From Octopus vulgaris (Eukaryota): 64,000 nt of DNA. The notes below the pieces were generated by a model, which did no database searches, was not told the DNA's origin, and saw nothing but the letters and a program-made list of their open reading frames with translations. The DNA lies in NCBI GenBank assembly GCA_951406725.2, contig OX597816.1, forward strand, positions 2,604,001 through 2,668,000. The letters are read 5' to 3'. Positions within the stretch are counted from its first letter, which is position 1. Each line of letters opens with the position of its first letter. Both the position numbers and the translations under genes were made by a program. Below are positions 1 to 11,685 of this stretch, piece after piece.

Positions 1-278
1 AAGGGCATGAGCCAGTCATAGGAAATTTGCCTCAACAAATTCCATTTGATCCATACAAGTATGGGAAAGCAGGGATTAAAACAATGGTGATGGTCACGAA
101 ATGACTTTTGTGGTGTTAATTATTTGACTATGGAATAGGAAGGAACCAATTTTTGCTAGAATAAAACCGAGTTGCACAATCTGAAGTTCCAAATCTTCAA
201 CTTCTGTCTAAATTCTGTACCAAATTCTGGCAGAGCAAATGAAGAGGAAAAATAGATTTCTGTGGGATATTTTCTTAC

Positions 279-404
279 CTTATTTAAATTAATGGTCTCC
301 AAGGCCAACTGTCGCATTCGCTCTCGCCGGTCGAGGTTGGTTTCTGAAGCAGATGCCAACCCCCCAGAACCGGTCTTACCACCAGGTCGGTGTTGCAAAT
401 CCAT
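279..404 (-). CDS. SF3A2: Splicing factor 3A subunit 2 (SF3a66/SAP62), first coding exon; gene continues off the left edge
   Basis: Translation MDLQHRPGGKTGSGGLASASETNLDRRERMRQLALETINLNK matches the conserved SF3A2 N-terminus (MDFQHRPGGKTGSGGVASSSESNRDRRERLRQLALETID.NK). 126 nt, then a GTAAG donor at 278-274. A poly-Y/CAG acceptor at 420-422 implies an upstream non-coding exon. Confidence 0.93.
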
Positions 405-502
405 AATTATTCAATGTGTCTGAAAAAGAAAAAAAAAATCAATCAAATTGATCAAAAGACAAAGCAACAATAAAAAACAGTAACAAAATTGTATACAAAA
501 TT

Positions 503-780
503 CATCATCATCATCATTTAACGTCCGTTCTCCATGCTAGCATGGGTTGGACGGTTCAACCGGGGTCTGGGAAGCCAGGGGCTGCACCAGGCTCCAGTCT
601 GATCTGGCAGCGTTTCTACAGCTGGATGCCCTTCCTAACGCCAACCACTCCGCGAGTGTAGTGGGTGCTTTTTACGTGCCACCTGCACAGGTGCCAAGAG
701 GGTCTGGCATTGGCCACGATCGGTTGGTGCTTTTAACGTGCCACCGGCACGGAAGCCAGTCAAGGCGGCACTGGCATCAG
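503..780 (-). mobile_element. 5'-truncated RTE LINE 3' end (or RTE-tailed SINE); representative of roughly 30 copies in the window
   Basis: (CAT)n + ttaacgtccg..ccatgctagcatgggttggacgg..gctggatgcccttcctaacgccaaccactc core. It recurs at ~1360, 6630, 12932, 26260-26780, 32030-32425, 35519, 41860-42870, 56670-56990, 60845-62090 and 62880-63980. The same tail is joined to RTE ORF2 coding sequence at 58068-59090 and 53088-53957. Confidence 0.8.
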
Positions 781-3274
781 CTAAAATTAGGAGAGTAACA
801 TGGTAGGGAGGAGAGAAGAATACATTGAAGCAGATCAAGTAACATTGAGCAAAGAATGTTGTGAATTACAACATATCTGGAGCCTTGCTGTACTCAAGAA
901 GATCTGTGCACCAGAGCAGAATTGAAACCAGTGCTGGTGTCAAGAAACTTTGTAAAGTGGTTGGCATTAGGAAGGGCATCCAGCTGTGGAAACCATGCCA
1001 GGACAGATAATGGAGCCTGGTGTGGTCCCTGGTCTAACCAGTTTCTGTCAAACCATCCAACCCATGCCAACATGGAAAACAAACATTAAATGACGATGAT
1101 GATGATGGTGAGTGTTAAAACAAAAAAATAAAGTAAATATTTTCAGAGGAAAAGGTGTACAATTCAAAGGAGGTTTGGCTGTTGTTTTTAGCACATCCCA
1201 AACCACCTTCCATTTTTACTCTCACATTTACCCTTCCAGTAATTCTCAGTTAGAACCACTGTAATGCAATAGGACAAGGTTGGATATTTCACTTGGATAC
1301 AATTCATTCAAGGTTTTTCCACATAGTCCCTGTGTCTACTCAACTTCCCTGAGGACTTTCATCATCATCATCGTTTAGCGTCCGCTTTCCATGCTAGCAT
1401 GGGTTGGACGGTTCAACTGGGGTCTGTGAAGCCAGAAGGCTGCACCAGGCCCAGTCTGATCTGGCAATGTTTCTACGGCTGGATGCCCTTCCTAACGCCA
1501 ACCACTCCGTGAGTGTAGTGGGTGCTTTTTACGTGCCACCGACACAGGGGCCAGACGAGTCTGGCAAACGGCCACGATCGGATGGTGCTGTTTATGTGCC
1601 ACCGGCACGGTAAAAAAATATTTGCCTGAGAGTACCCCATTAGGATAGGTAGGATCTACCTTGATAAATTGTGATTGCAAAGTGAACTTCTTAACCTATG
1701 CTACATCCATACAAGGCATACCTACACAAGAGTGATCATGGCAGGGTTGTTAGGCCAGATATAGTTTCAGAGTTACTTATTTGGCATAACTACAGATGTG
1801 TGCCCCAACGACTTTGTTGCTTCATAACGTCCAGAAAAATGGATACTTTTTCATGAAATTTTCAACGAAGACTGCTTAGATGCTGTGAATTCAGAGTATA
1901 TAGGGATTTAGGGGAAAAAATTCCCCGAGAGGGTGGGAAGAGGAGTTTCGGAAAATTCACATAATCCAACTTTTTTTACCTTTCAGGAAAATGGATATCT
2001 TTTAATGAAATTTTATACAAATACTTTTCAAATGGCATAGAAATTTAAAGAAATTTGTGGAGAAAATGTTTACCGAGGGCGTGGGGAAAGGAATTTCGGA
2101 TCAGTAAGACCAAATAAGTTGGAATTACTTCGTTCTGACAAGCATTTTCCTAATTTTTTTTTATTTCACCAGACTTCAAAATGATGAGGGGGCACCGTTT
2201 TATAAAAATACAAAGGTTTGAAATTCTTCCCCCGGCCATTCCTTACCTTCCCACTCCGGACAAATTTCGGCCAATTTTTTTAAACTTAAAAACCATGTAA
2301 ATTGTAAATATTTTCAGAGGAAAAGGTATATGATTGAAGGAAGATTTTGCTGTTGTTTCTAGCACATCCCAAACCACCTTGTTTTTACTCTCACACCTTT
2401 TAAATGGCATATATTATGATTATAAAGAAATCTGTGCGGAAAATTGTTTTCGTTGGCGCAATTCGTTTAATACCCATTTACTCTGAATCCACAGCATCTA
2501 AGCGGTATTTGTTGAAAATTTCCTTAAAATGTATCCATCTTTCTGGATGTTATGAGGAAACAAAGTCGGAGGTGGGGGCCACATCTGTAATTATGTCACT
2601 CAGTTTATATTTTAAATATTTAGAAGACAGTTTTCCTGGTTTGTTTAGAAAATCCAATGCTGTTCATGTTTGTCTTGGAGTCTTCTGGCTGGATTTCCTT
2701 TTGCGTCAACAGAATCAGATGAGAGAGAGAGAGACGGAGTTATGTAAAAACCGACTGCAGAAATAGAACAAGACATTTCTAATCGATCACAATAGAAAGA
2801 CTATAATTACAGATCAGGAGTCAGTCAAGATCGATGTAGAGAAATAGAAAGGAAGTCAAGAAGGAAGGACATAAAGTTGGTAGCAAGGATTACAAAATCT
2901 TATTCCAAACTGAGTCCGATCGGACCCAACATTAATTAAACATTAATTAATAAGAATTAATAGACCACACTCAGGTCACAGAAATAATAATTAGAACCGC
3001 ATGGGAGGCTTTGATTCCTTTTAAAACTAATAATTGTAAATATTTAACTGATTAACACCAAAAAAGCGGGTTTCTTTGACAAACTCCGAAGAGTTTTTTA
3101 ATCACCCAAATTAACAGAACTGTGGCTAATTATGTAAGTTTATTAATTAACAGGGAATAATTAACACTTTTAAAATGAAAAAACAATTAAAATTGGGATC
3201 AAAAGATACTTACAGATCGGAATATGTGAAATTAGAGGAAAAACACGTTTCAGGAAAAAAAAAGGATCTGAACA

Positions 3275-3330
3275 AAACCGGGTGTTCCTGTACCGGATGT
3301 AGAATTATGGGAAACGGAAATAGAACTCTT
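3275..3330. promoter_or_regulatory. Candidate housekeeping promoter motifs upstream of SF3A2
   Basis: Local CpG cluster with ETS-like CCGGATGT/CGGAAAT and a Staf/ZNF143-like TTCCCATAAT (minus). Motif resemblance only. Confidence 0.25.
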
Positions 3331-3664
3331 CTGCCTATAAGGATTATCCCCCTTCCCTTTAAGTTTAGTGTCTTGAATTCTGTTTATCTATTTCGATAAT
3401 TTTAAATATATAATTATGTGATAGAATATATTATGTTATATTAATATAGAAAAACATCTTTCTCCTTCCTCTTTCATTTTACTCAATTTAGCCATAGAAA
3501 AGAAAATACATTTGCTTGTAACTCGTTTGGCAAAATATTAGTTTCGTTTTTCACCTAACAATTTCACTTTTTATACGTTCTTTTTGATACTAAATTCTTG
3601 TATTTCGACATTAACTACATGTTAAATGTTTTTATTTTTAAAAAAGCATTTAGGTAACAAAGGA

Positions 3665-4083
3665 GAATCTTTTCGGTTTGACCGGCAGTTTTTTCTAGCG
3701 GTGCCATATGAAATTGTCACCCATTATTATGACCCTAGTATCGATCTATTGCATTTCAATGTTTTAGGGTTAGGGCTAGTGGTCGGGGGCAAGGGTATCT
3801 TTTTTTTCTTCAGAAATGTAAATAAACCCAATCTGTTTCTTAAACGAGGGACATATTCATACGGCACAGAATGTTTTCACCTCAATAGATGTCATTGATT
3901 GGTTGAAATTGCAGGAATTGAAGAAAAAAACAACAACAAATATCTTGCAAACTATAGAATTTTTTCAATAAAGCCAAGAGAAAAAGATGTTTTATAAACA
4001 CATTCGACCAGTATACGAAGTTTAAAAGTGTTTAGTTACGTGGAAATTATTTAAAAAAATTGCCGGTCAAACCAAAAAGATGC
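3665..4083. mobile_element. Non-autonomous DNA transposon (MITE), ~30-bp TIRs, 8-bp TSD
   Basis: TIRs gaatcttttcggtttgaccggcagttttt / aaaaattgccggtcaaaccaaaaagatgc. TSD ACAAAGGA at 3657-3664 and 4084-4091. Internal ttagggttaggg. Confidence 0.85.
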
Positions 4084-4756
4084 ACAAAGGATAAAAGTTA
4101 AGGCAATTATCCAATCCGTAGACCTACCAATTAAAAAACAATATTTCATTGATTTACGTCCACTTTCCTCTGCCGTCATGAGTGCTGCTGCAGCTCACTT
4201 TCATCTTGTTCGTTAGTGAGGCTCTGCATCCTAACATCATCCTCATCAATCCTGCCTACGTCTTCTTCGGTCTTCCAGTACCCCTTTCATCTAAGGTCTT
4301 GTATTCCTCCAGCTTATACTGCTGAGACCCTGTTCTCTCATCACAGTTGTGTTCTATATTTCGAGCAATCTGGCATCAAACATTCAGCAGAGAATGCTTG
4401 CCACATTCTTTCCAATCTTTCCCTCCATATTCGTGACCAGTTTCACTCCTGTAGACAGATATCGTTGCTCACAGCAATGGCTCCCTGAACTTTTTCTGTT
4501 CCCTCCATACTCTATGCCCTCACAATATCCACCTCTACAGCTCATTAACTCATCAGGGTAACAAACTACAATTGATTCTAACCTTGTGAATTATGAAATT
4601 AGGAATAACATCTTCATCATCATCATCCGTCTTCCATGCTAGCATGAAATTAGGAATAACAAATTTTCAAGCCTTCCAAGTATATTGAGAGATTTTTCTT
4701 AAGCCTTAATAGTTTTAAAAATGCACACTTGGATCTCGGTACCCATTGTAGTGTAC

Positions 4757-5230
4757 ACTAGCACTATGACCCAGCAACACCGGGTCATAGTGATAGTGCA
4801 TGCATATACAGCTGCGTGCATGCACACATACACGCGAGTACTGTCCAAATCTCCGACCAATCACATACAGCTAGCTGGCATTCAATTGGCGTATCAAGTT
4901 TCAGGCATTTTGATTGGGTTTGGGATAGAAAATTCACAAAAAGTCACTGTAATTCACAAAAAGAGATGACTAGTCACTTCTATTGATTTATTAATGGCTT
5001 TGCGGGGGCTGCTGACGTCCAGCTGCTGACGTCATCCCACAGTCACTTCTATTGATTTTTTAATGGCTTTGCGGGGTGACTGGGGAAATGTAAAGATGTG
5101 CACGACCACCCTTGGACGGTTTTGAATGACCATAGAAAGTGCAAGCTCTCTAACTGAAAAATTGTGGATTTGTATAAAGGACACACACACACACACAGAC
5201 AGACATTTTGCTGTTTATATATATTGAGAT
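4757..5230. mobile_element. Putative Helitron/Helentron-related non-autonomous element
   Basis: Starts ACTAG with a 41-bp hairpin (actagcactatgaccc..gggtcatagtgatagt), has an internal ~36-bp direct repeat and (CA)n, and ends tatatattgagat. Family assignment is by architecture only. Confidence 0.35.
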
Positions 5231-7329
5231 GTTTACAATCATTGTTCTAACATGTCTAACAAATCTAATGAGTCTACCGGTCAATTAAGCATTTGCATTC
5301 TTGGGTCTTCTTGCAGCTAACTTTTCTAGCAAATATGAAATCCTTCTCTGTCGGCTACCCATAGTCTCACGGTGCTCTTTACATAACCGTGGTTATAATT
5401 ACTACCCTGTACATCCATTCCCTTTCTGTTAACCAAATATGGTCGCTTGATATTAAGTAGTTGTGTTTTAGTTTCTATTCAGCTGAGACTCATTTTCACT
5501 AAATTCATTTTTAGGCCTCTTGACCCTGCTTCCATGTATGGAAGTTTTCTTCTGTTCAGCTATATCAATGAACTAAGTCACTGGGGTACGGGTGTTTCCA
5601 TGGACAGCCAGTCTTCAAGGCAACAATGTTAAAGCAAAACACTATTAGTACCACAGATTTTAGTAAATTTACATATAAATAACCAGACTCAAATCTATTT
5701 GAGGGGTTTGTCTCAGGTTCAGCCCCAGTGTCGTCATCATCATCATCTTTTAATGCCCATGGTCCATGCAAGCAAGTGGTCCAAGAACTGCATTGGGCTC
5801 CAATGCCTTTGGTATGGTTTTTACAGCTGGATGCTCTTCCTGACACCAACCACTCTACAGCATGGACTAGGGGCTTCTTTTTGTGCCACCAGCACTGATG
5901 GGGGTCACAGTGCAGCTTGTAAGACTACAAACCCTTAGAGAGTTTTGCTTTATGCTTGGAAATGAGGGGTTAAAGTATGAAGGAAGGGGCCAGAAGAAAT
6001 CAAGTTTCTTACTGTAGAGGGAGCTACACGTCTACTCACATTTTAGAAGTGAAGATGGGTGGTTGTGATTGGGTGAAGCTAGGAAGGGGTAAAATTAGTG
6101 GTGATGGGTCTGGAAGGACGCTCAATGGTTCTTCTGTCCCCACTGCTAAGTGGGGACAGAGGAACCAGGAGTGTGGGTGGGTCGAGGTTACATGAATGTA
6201 TGGGAAATGTGTTAACGGATGAATTTAATGTCCATTTTCCATGCTGGCATGTGTTGGACTGCTGTGTGTGTGTGTGTGTGTAACAATATAAGGAATGATG
6301 AGCAAGTGTCACAGAATGGATGTAGTGGATGGGGGATAAGGGTGGAAGGGGTATCTGGTCCTCACCTGTGGGGGTAGGAGCAGCTGGACAATAATGTTGA
6401 CACGGTAGACATGTTGATTGGGGTGGGGCACAGGAATAGCAGTTCTTTTGCACTTGTAAATTTACCATAGACTTCAACGGGTTTCCTAAGCCTTCAGTGC
6501 CATCTTGCTCTGCTTTAACTGTTCTGTTACCATATTTCAGGTGAAATAGACAGCCTTTATTTCAGTTAAGTTTGGAAATCCTGAAGAATTTAGTGAAATA
6601 ATGTTGTCACTGTTAAGTTGATGGTCTGAACATCATCATCATCATCATCATCATCGTTTAACGTCCGTTTTCCATGCTGGCATGGGTTGGACGGTTCAAC
6701 TGGGGCCTGGGAAGCCAGAAGGCTGCGAACATGAAATTTTGGTGGAGGGTTTTTAAGTTGGCTTATTTTAACACTGCGTTTGTATTATAGAAGGAAGAGT
6801 GTTTCAAGATGGTTTGGTGTCAAAAGGATCAAAAGGTGTGAAGTAAATCAGAAATGTAACAATTGTGGGACAAAGACCCAGCTTTTATTATCTTCAAATA
6901 GAACAGAGAGGATAATAAAACAATTCAGTTTGAAAAATAATGCAATAAATAATCAAATAGAATATCAAAAAAAAAAATCATAGAATATCAAATCAACTTT
7001 GTTGAAGCTGAATACAAAGTCTGTTTTGTTCTGGAATTTATTACAAAGAAGGAAACAACAAAACAAAAGAAAAAGCAAAACAAAGGCTTTGATAATGAGT
7101 TAAAGAAAAAATAGAAAAGTATCAATTGTATTTGAGACTATTTGGTTTCAAGAAGGCTTTCTTTTCAGTCAGCTTTGAACAGTAGAAGGCTGACATGGGG
7201 GTAACCGGATACTTGAATCAAAAAGTAAACACGAGAATCACAAGTGGTGTGTTTAGTCATGTGAGGAAGGCGACGACGAATCAAGTGATTGCGGTGACAA
7301 AATCCATTCAATGTCTCACTGTTTCCTTT

Positions 7330-7412
7330 GTGTGCATGTGTGTGTATGTGTGTGTGTTGTGCATGTGTGTTTGTGTGTGTGTATATCTGAAAGTGCATAT
7401 ATGTTCATACAT

Positions 7413-7474
<62 letters not shown>

Positions 7475-7520
7475 ATATAACATATGTGTGTATGTATGTA
7501 TATGTGTGGTGTGTGTGTAT
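7330..7520. repeat. (TG)n/(TA)n microsatellite; similar tracts at 7888-7970, 8178-8270 (ATAC)n, 9240-9652, 11483-11685
   Basis: Directly visible simple repeats; these generate the spurious YI/HT/CV ORFs. Confidence 0.95.
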
Positions 7521-7768
7521 AAAGTTTCAAAGAAGAATGTGTGATGATCTTTTAGAAAACAAACCAAGTATTTGTCATTGAAATAACAGATGTATAGACA
7601 TCCCTGCTCATCTTTAGATAAGGATTTAATATCGATAAAATATTCAAGACAAAAAGGAAATCCTGGCCTTATTTAATCAACAAAAGAAATCTCAAATTTC
7701 TTGGAGAAAATAATTTTTTAATCATTTATTTATTTTTAACCAAAAAGTCAATCAATAATTGTCGAGAT

Positions 7769-7817
7769 ATGAATTATTTTCTCCTTTTTTCTCTGTTTTG
7801 TTTGTGTTTCCTCAAAG
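7769..7817 (+). CDS. Exon 1 (signal peptide) of the Ig-like membrane protein
   Basis: ATG AAT TAT TTT CTC... = [16 protein letters not shown] + G, then a consensus AG|GTGAGT donor, phase 1. Confidence 0.72.
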
Positions 7818-7886
7818 GTGAGTGTCACATTTTGTATTAGATTCAAAGCATTTTATATTTGACATAAATTCACCAGAAACTGAAGA

Positions 7887-7965
<79 letters not shown>

Positions 7966-8231
7966 TGTGGTTAAGGTTATGCTTGTAAATATTTGCTAAA
8001 AGAGAGCTGGTACTTGTTTTTGCATGCAGATAAACACATACATAAACACATGCATGTTTGTATACATGCATATATACACATTTGTCTTGTATTGTATTTT
8101 TACACATACACACATACAGTAATGAAATTACAGACGTGTTCTGTCATGATATGCACACCCACAAATACAAATTTATGCATACATACATACATACATACAT
8201 ACATACATACATACATACATACATACATACA

Positions 8232-8262
<31 letters not shown>

Positions 8263-9269
8263 GTACATACATATCATCATCAAACAACAATAATATATTT
8301 TGTTTAGGGCAGGAATAATTACCAACACAGGAACATGTATCATACATCAAAATGAAGCTGGTCCTCTGTGAATCACATCCCTACTTCTCAACATAGTCAC
8401 CGTTTCTCTCAATAGCAATGTTCTACCTTTGAATGAGAGCATGTATCCCTGCCCTGTAAAATTCTGTTGACTGTTCTTTGAGCCACTTCTTCACTACAGT
8501 CGTCACTGGAATAATGTTTGCTTCTCAAAACTTCTTTCATGGTGCCAAAGAGATGATAGTCTGAAGGCACTAAATCTGGTGAGTGTGGAGGTAGTGAAGA
8601 AGTGGCTCAAAGAACAGTCAACAGAATTTTATGGGGCAGGGATACATGCTCTCATTCGAAGGTGGAACATCCCTATTGAGAGAAATGGTCCCTCTGTTGA
8701 GAAGTAGGGATGTGATCCAAAGAGGACCAGCTTCATTTTGATGTATGATACATGTTCCTGTGTTGGTAATTGTACCTGTCCTATAATTACCTATTGGTAA
8801 TTATACCAGTCAATTCAGATAACCAGAAACCCCCCAAAGTTATTTTGATTTAAACAAAAGAGCCTTACCACTTTGTGATTCTGCAAAGAACAAACTTTAA
8901 TTTAAACCCCAGGGGACCACCCACCTATCCATCTATCCACCCATCTGTTAGTCCATCCACCTATCTATCCATCCATACCTACCTACATACATACATTTAC
9001 ATACAATTGTTTTCTGTTTCATTGTACAAACACATGCAAATATATTATACATACACATACATTAGTGTATAGAGTCTAATGTATGTATATGTGGTCGCTT
9101 GGTTGTTGAATATTTAGAAGTTTCAGCCTAATTAGTATAACTGGTCAGGTGAAATTAGATGTAAAAGCTTATTATTGAGCACCTGAGCACTATACACAAT
9201 AATTTCATAATTATTATCCTGGCTAACATAAAAATATACACCCATACATACATACATATATATATATAT

Positions 9270-9301
<32 letters not shown>

Positions 9302-9536
9302 TTACATATATTCACATTCACGTGTATGTATGTATGTGTGTGTATGTGTATATATTTATATATATATTTATATATATATATATATCAACATTAATAATAA
9401 TAACTGAGAGCAAACTGGTAAACATTTGGAATATTCCCTATTTACAAATATATATATATACTCACAAACATATATATACATATATATACACACACACACA
9501 CACATATATATATTATATGCATATATATACACATAC

Positions 9537-9571
<35 letters not shown>

Positions 9572-11654
9572 CACATATATATACATATATATATATATTA
9601 TATGCATATATATATATACACATACATATATATATACACACATATATATATAGTAATAATTAATGAAGGAAACAAAAGTCAAGATTTTGTTCTAGTCTTC
9701 AAAGACGAGTATGAAATCTATTTTCTGTTTCTTTCGTCAGTTATTACAATCTCAACTGACACTGAGGAATTCCTAACGTAGACCCAGTGGAAATATACCC
9801 ACAACCATTGATGGCACCAGGCGGCCCAAAATGGTGAACGTGCTTTACACGGCATACTAATTGACATATACCCATTAATCCAAAATAATTATGCACACAC
9901 ACACAACAGGCTACTTTCAGTTTCCGCCTATCAAATCCATTCACAAAATTTTGGTTGACCCAGAACTACAGTAGAAGACACTGGCCCCCATCTACTGCAC
10001 AGTGTGACTGAACTTGAAACCACATGGTTGGAAAGTGTTTTTCACCACACACCCACCCCAACACTTTAACAGACTCTTATTATTTTTATTTGATGTTTAC
10101 AAATTATGATCAATAATTCCAGTAAACCAACGTCCACCCATGAATATTTTATTGTAGGTGCACGTATGGCTGTGTGGTAAGAAGCTTGCTTCCCAACCAC
10201 ATGGCTCCAGGTTCAGTCCCACTGTGTGGCACCTTGGGCAAATGTCTTCTACTATAGACTCGGGCTAACTAAATCGTTGTGAGTGGATTTGGTAAACGGA
10301 AACTGAAAGAAGCCCGTCATCTGTGTGTGTGTGTTTGTTCTCCACACTGCTTTGACAACCAATGTTGGTGTGTTTACATCCCTATAACTTAGCAGTTTGG
10401 TAAAAGAGACCTAAGAGAATAAGTACCAGGCTTAGAAAAAAAAAGGTTCTGTGGTTGATCCATTTGACTAAAAATTCTTGACGGCAGTGCTGCAGCATGG
10501 CCACAATCTAATGGCTGCCACAGGCAAAAGAAAAGTCCAGAAGCGGTCTACTAATGCAGTCATTTCACCTACTATTTCCAAAATGTAGCAAGCGTGCCAC
10601 ATGAGACTCTTGTGATACCACATGAGACTCTTGTGATCCCACATGATTCTACTTGTTAATCATTAACGACATGCAGTAATTATAGTCTCTCCAAAACTAC
10701 AATGTATAAACAATGGGTTGGTCCCTCATTTCCTGAAGGGCTCCCAAAATGGCAAAGTTTCTGTTGAAGACAAAACTGAAGAAGATTTACTACTCTAAGC
10801 TGGAAGTTCCACTTGCTAATGACTGGGGTGTTGGTTTGTTTATATCCCATTCTGAAGAATAAAAAGGAAGACTTTAGAAATGAGAGGTGTTATTTGAGTG
10901 ACAGAACCAGAAAAATATGTGAGGGATAAGTTAAGTGGAATAGACGAACTAAAAACATAAACTATAAGGCTTCCCAAAAGCCACCCGACAGTAAATCAAA
11001 ATTCCTTAAATACTCTCTGTAATTGTGTCCCTCAAGAAGGACTTCGGTTTGAACCATTTTCCTCAGGTTTCATATTCAGATGCTTTTATGAAATTCATTC
11101 AGTTTTTAAACATAAATAAATCTTGGAATTAAATGGGTTTCATTTAGTGTCAGCTGACTTTTGGCCAACCCTGTATATTATGAATGTGAGTTTGAGGGAG
11201 TTTATTGTTGCTGTTTTATAGCAGGGACAATATAAATTGAATAAGGGGTCGTTTGGAATCTGAAGGATTTGTTGTTTTGTGGTAGTGGGACCCCAGAGAT
11301 TGGACACACTGGTTTGGTTGTCAGGAATTTATAAAAGAGGTGTGGAGAGAAAAGAATAAACAATGAAGATCAGATTACTTCAAAGCTTTCAGATCATCAC
11401 AAACCTCAGACATCTTGTTGTAGTACAAAGCTAAGGACTGAAATAACAGGTGGCATGGTTATATACACTCTGCTCCAGTATTCACACACACACACACACA
11501 CACACACAGAGTGATACATGCACACACACACACCGACCCCACACAGTGTTACACCTGCATGCTTACACATATCCTCACACACGTATGCACTCAATCACAT
11601 ACACACATTCACTCATCCACATTTGTACACACATACACTCAAACACCCACCCAA

Positions 11655-11685
<31 letters not shown>

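Noticed and set aside
547-1680. Recurring '[10 protein letters not shown]' protein family
   Set aside because: Chance frames in the RTE 3' UTR repeat; frames and stops differ among copies.
2404-2766. 120-aa plus-strand ORF
   Set aside because: No recognisable domain or splice support; lies in the probable SF3A2 5' region.
3763-3780. Telomeric TTAGGG repeats
   Set aside because: Only 2-3 units, internal to a MITE.
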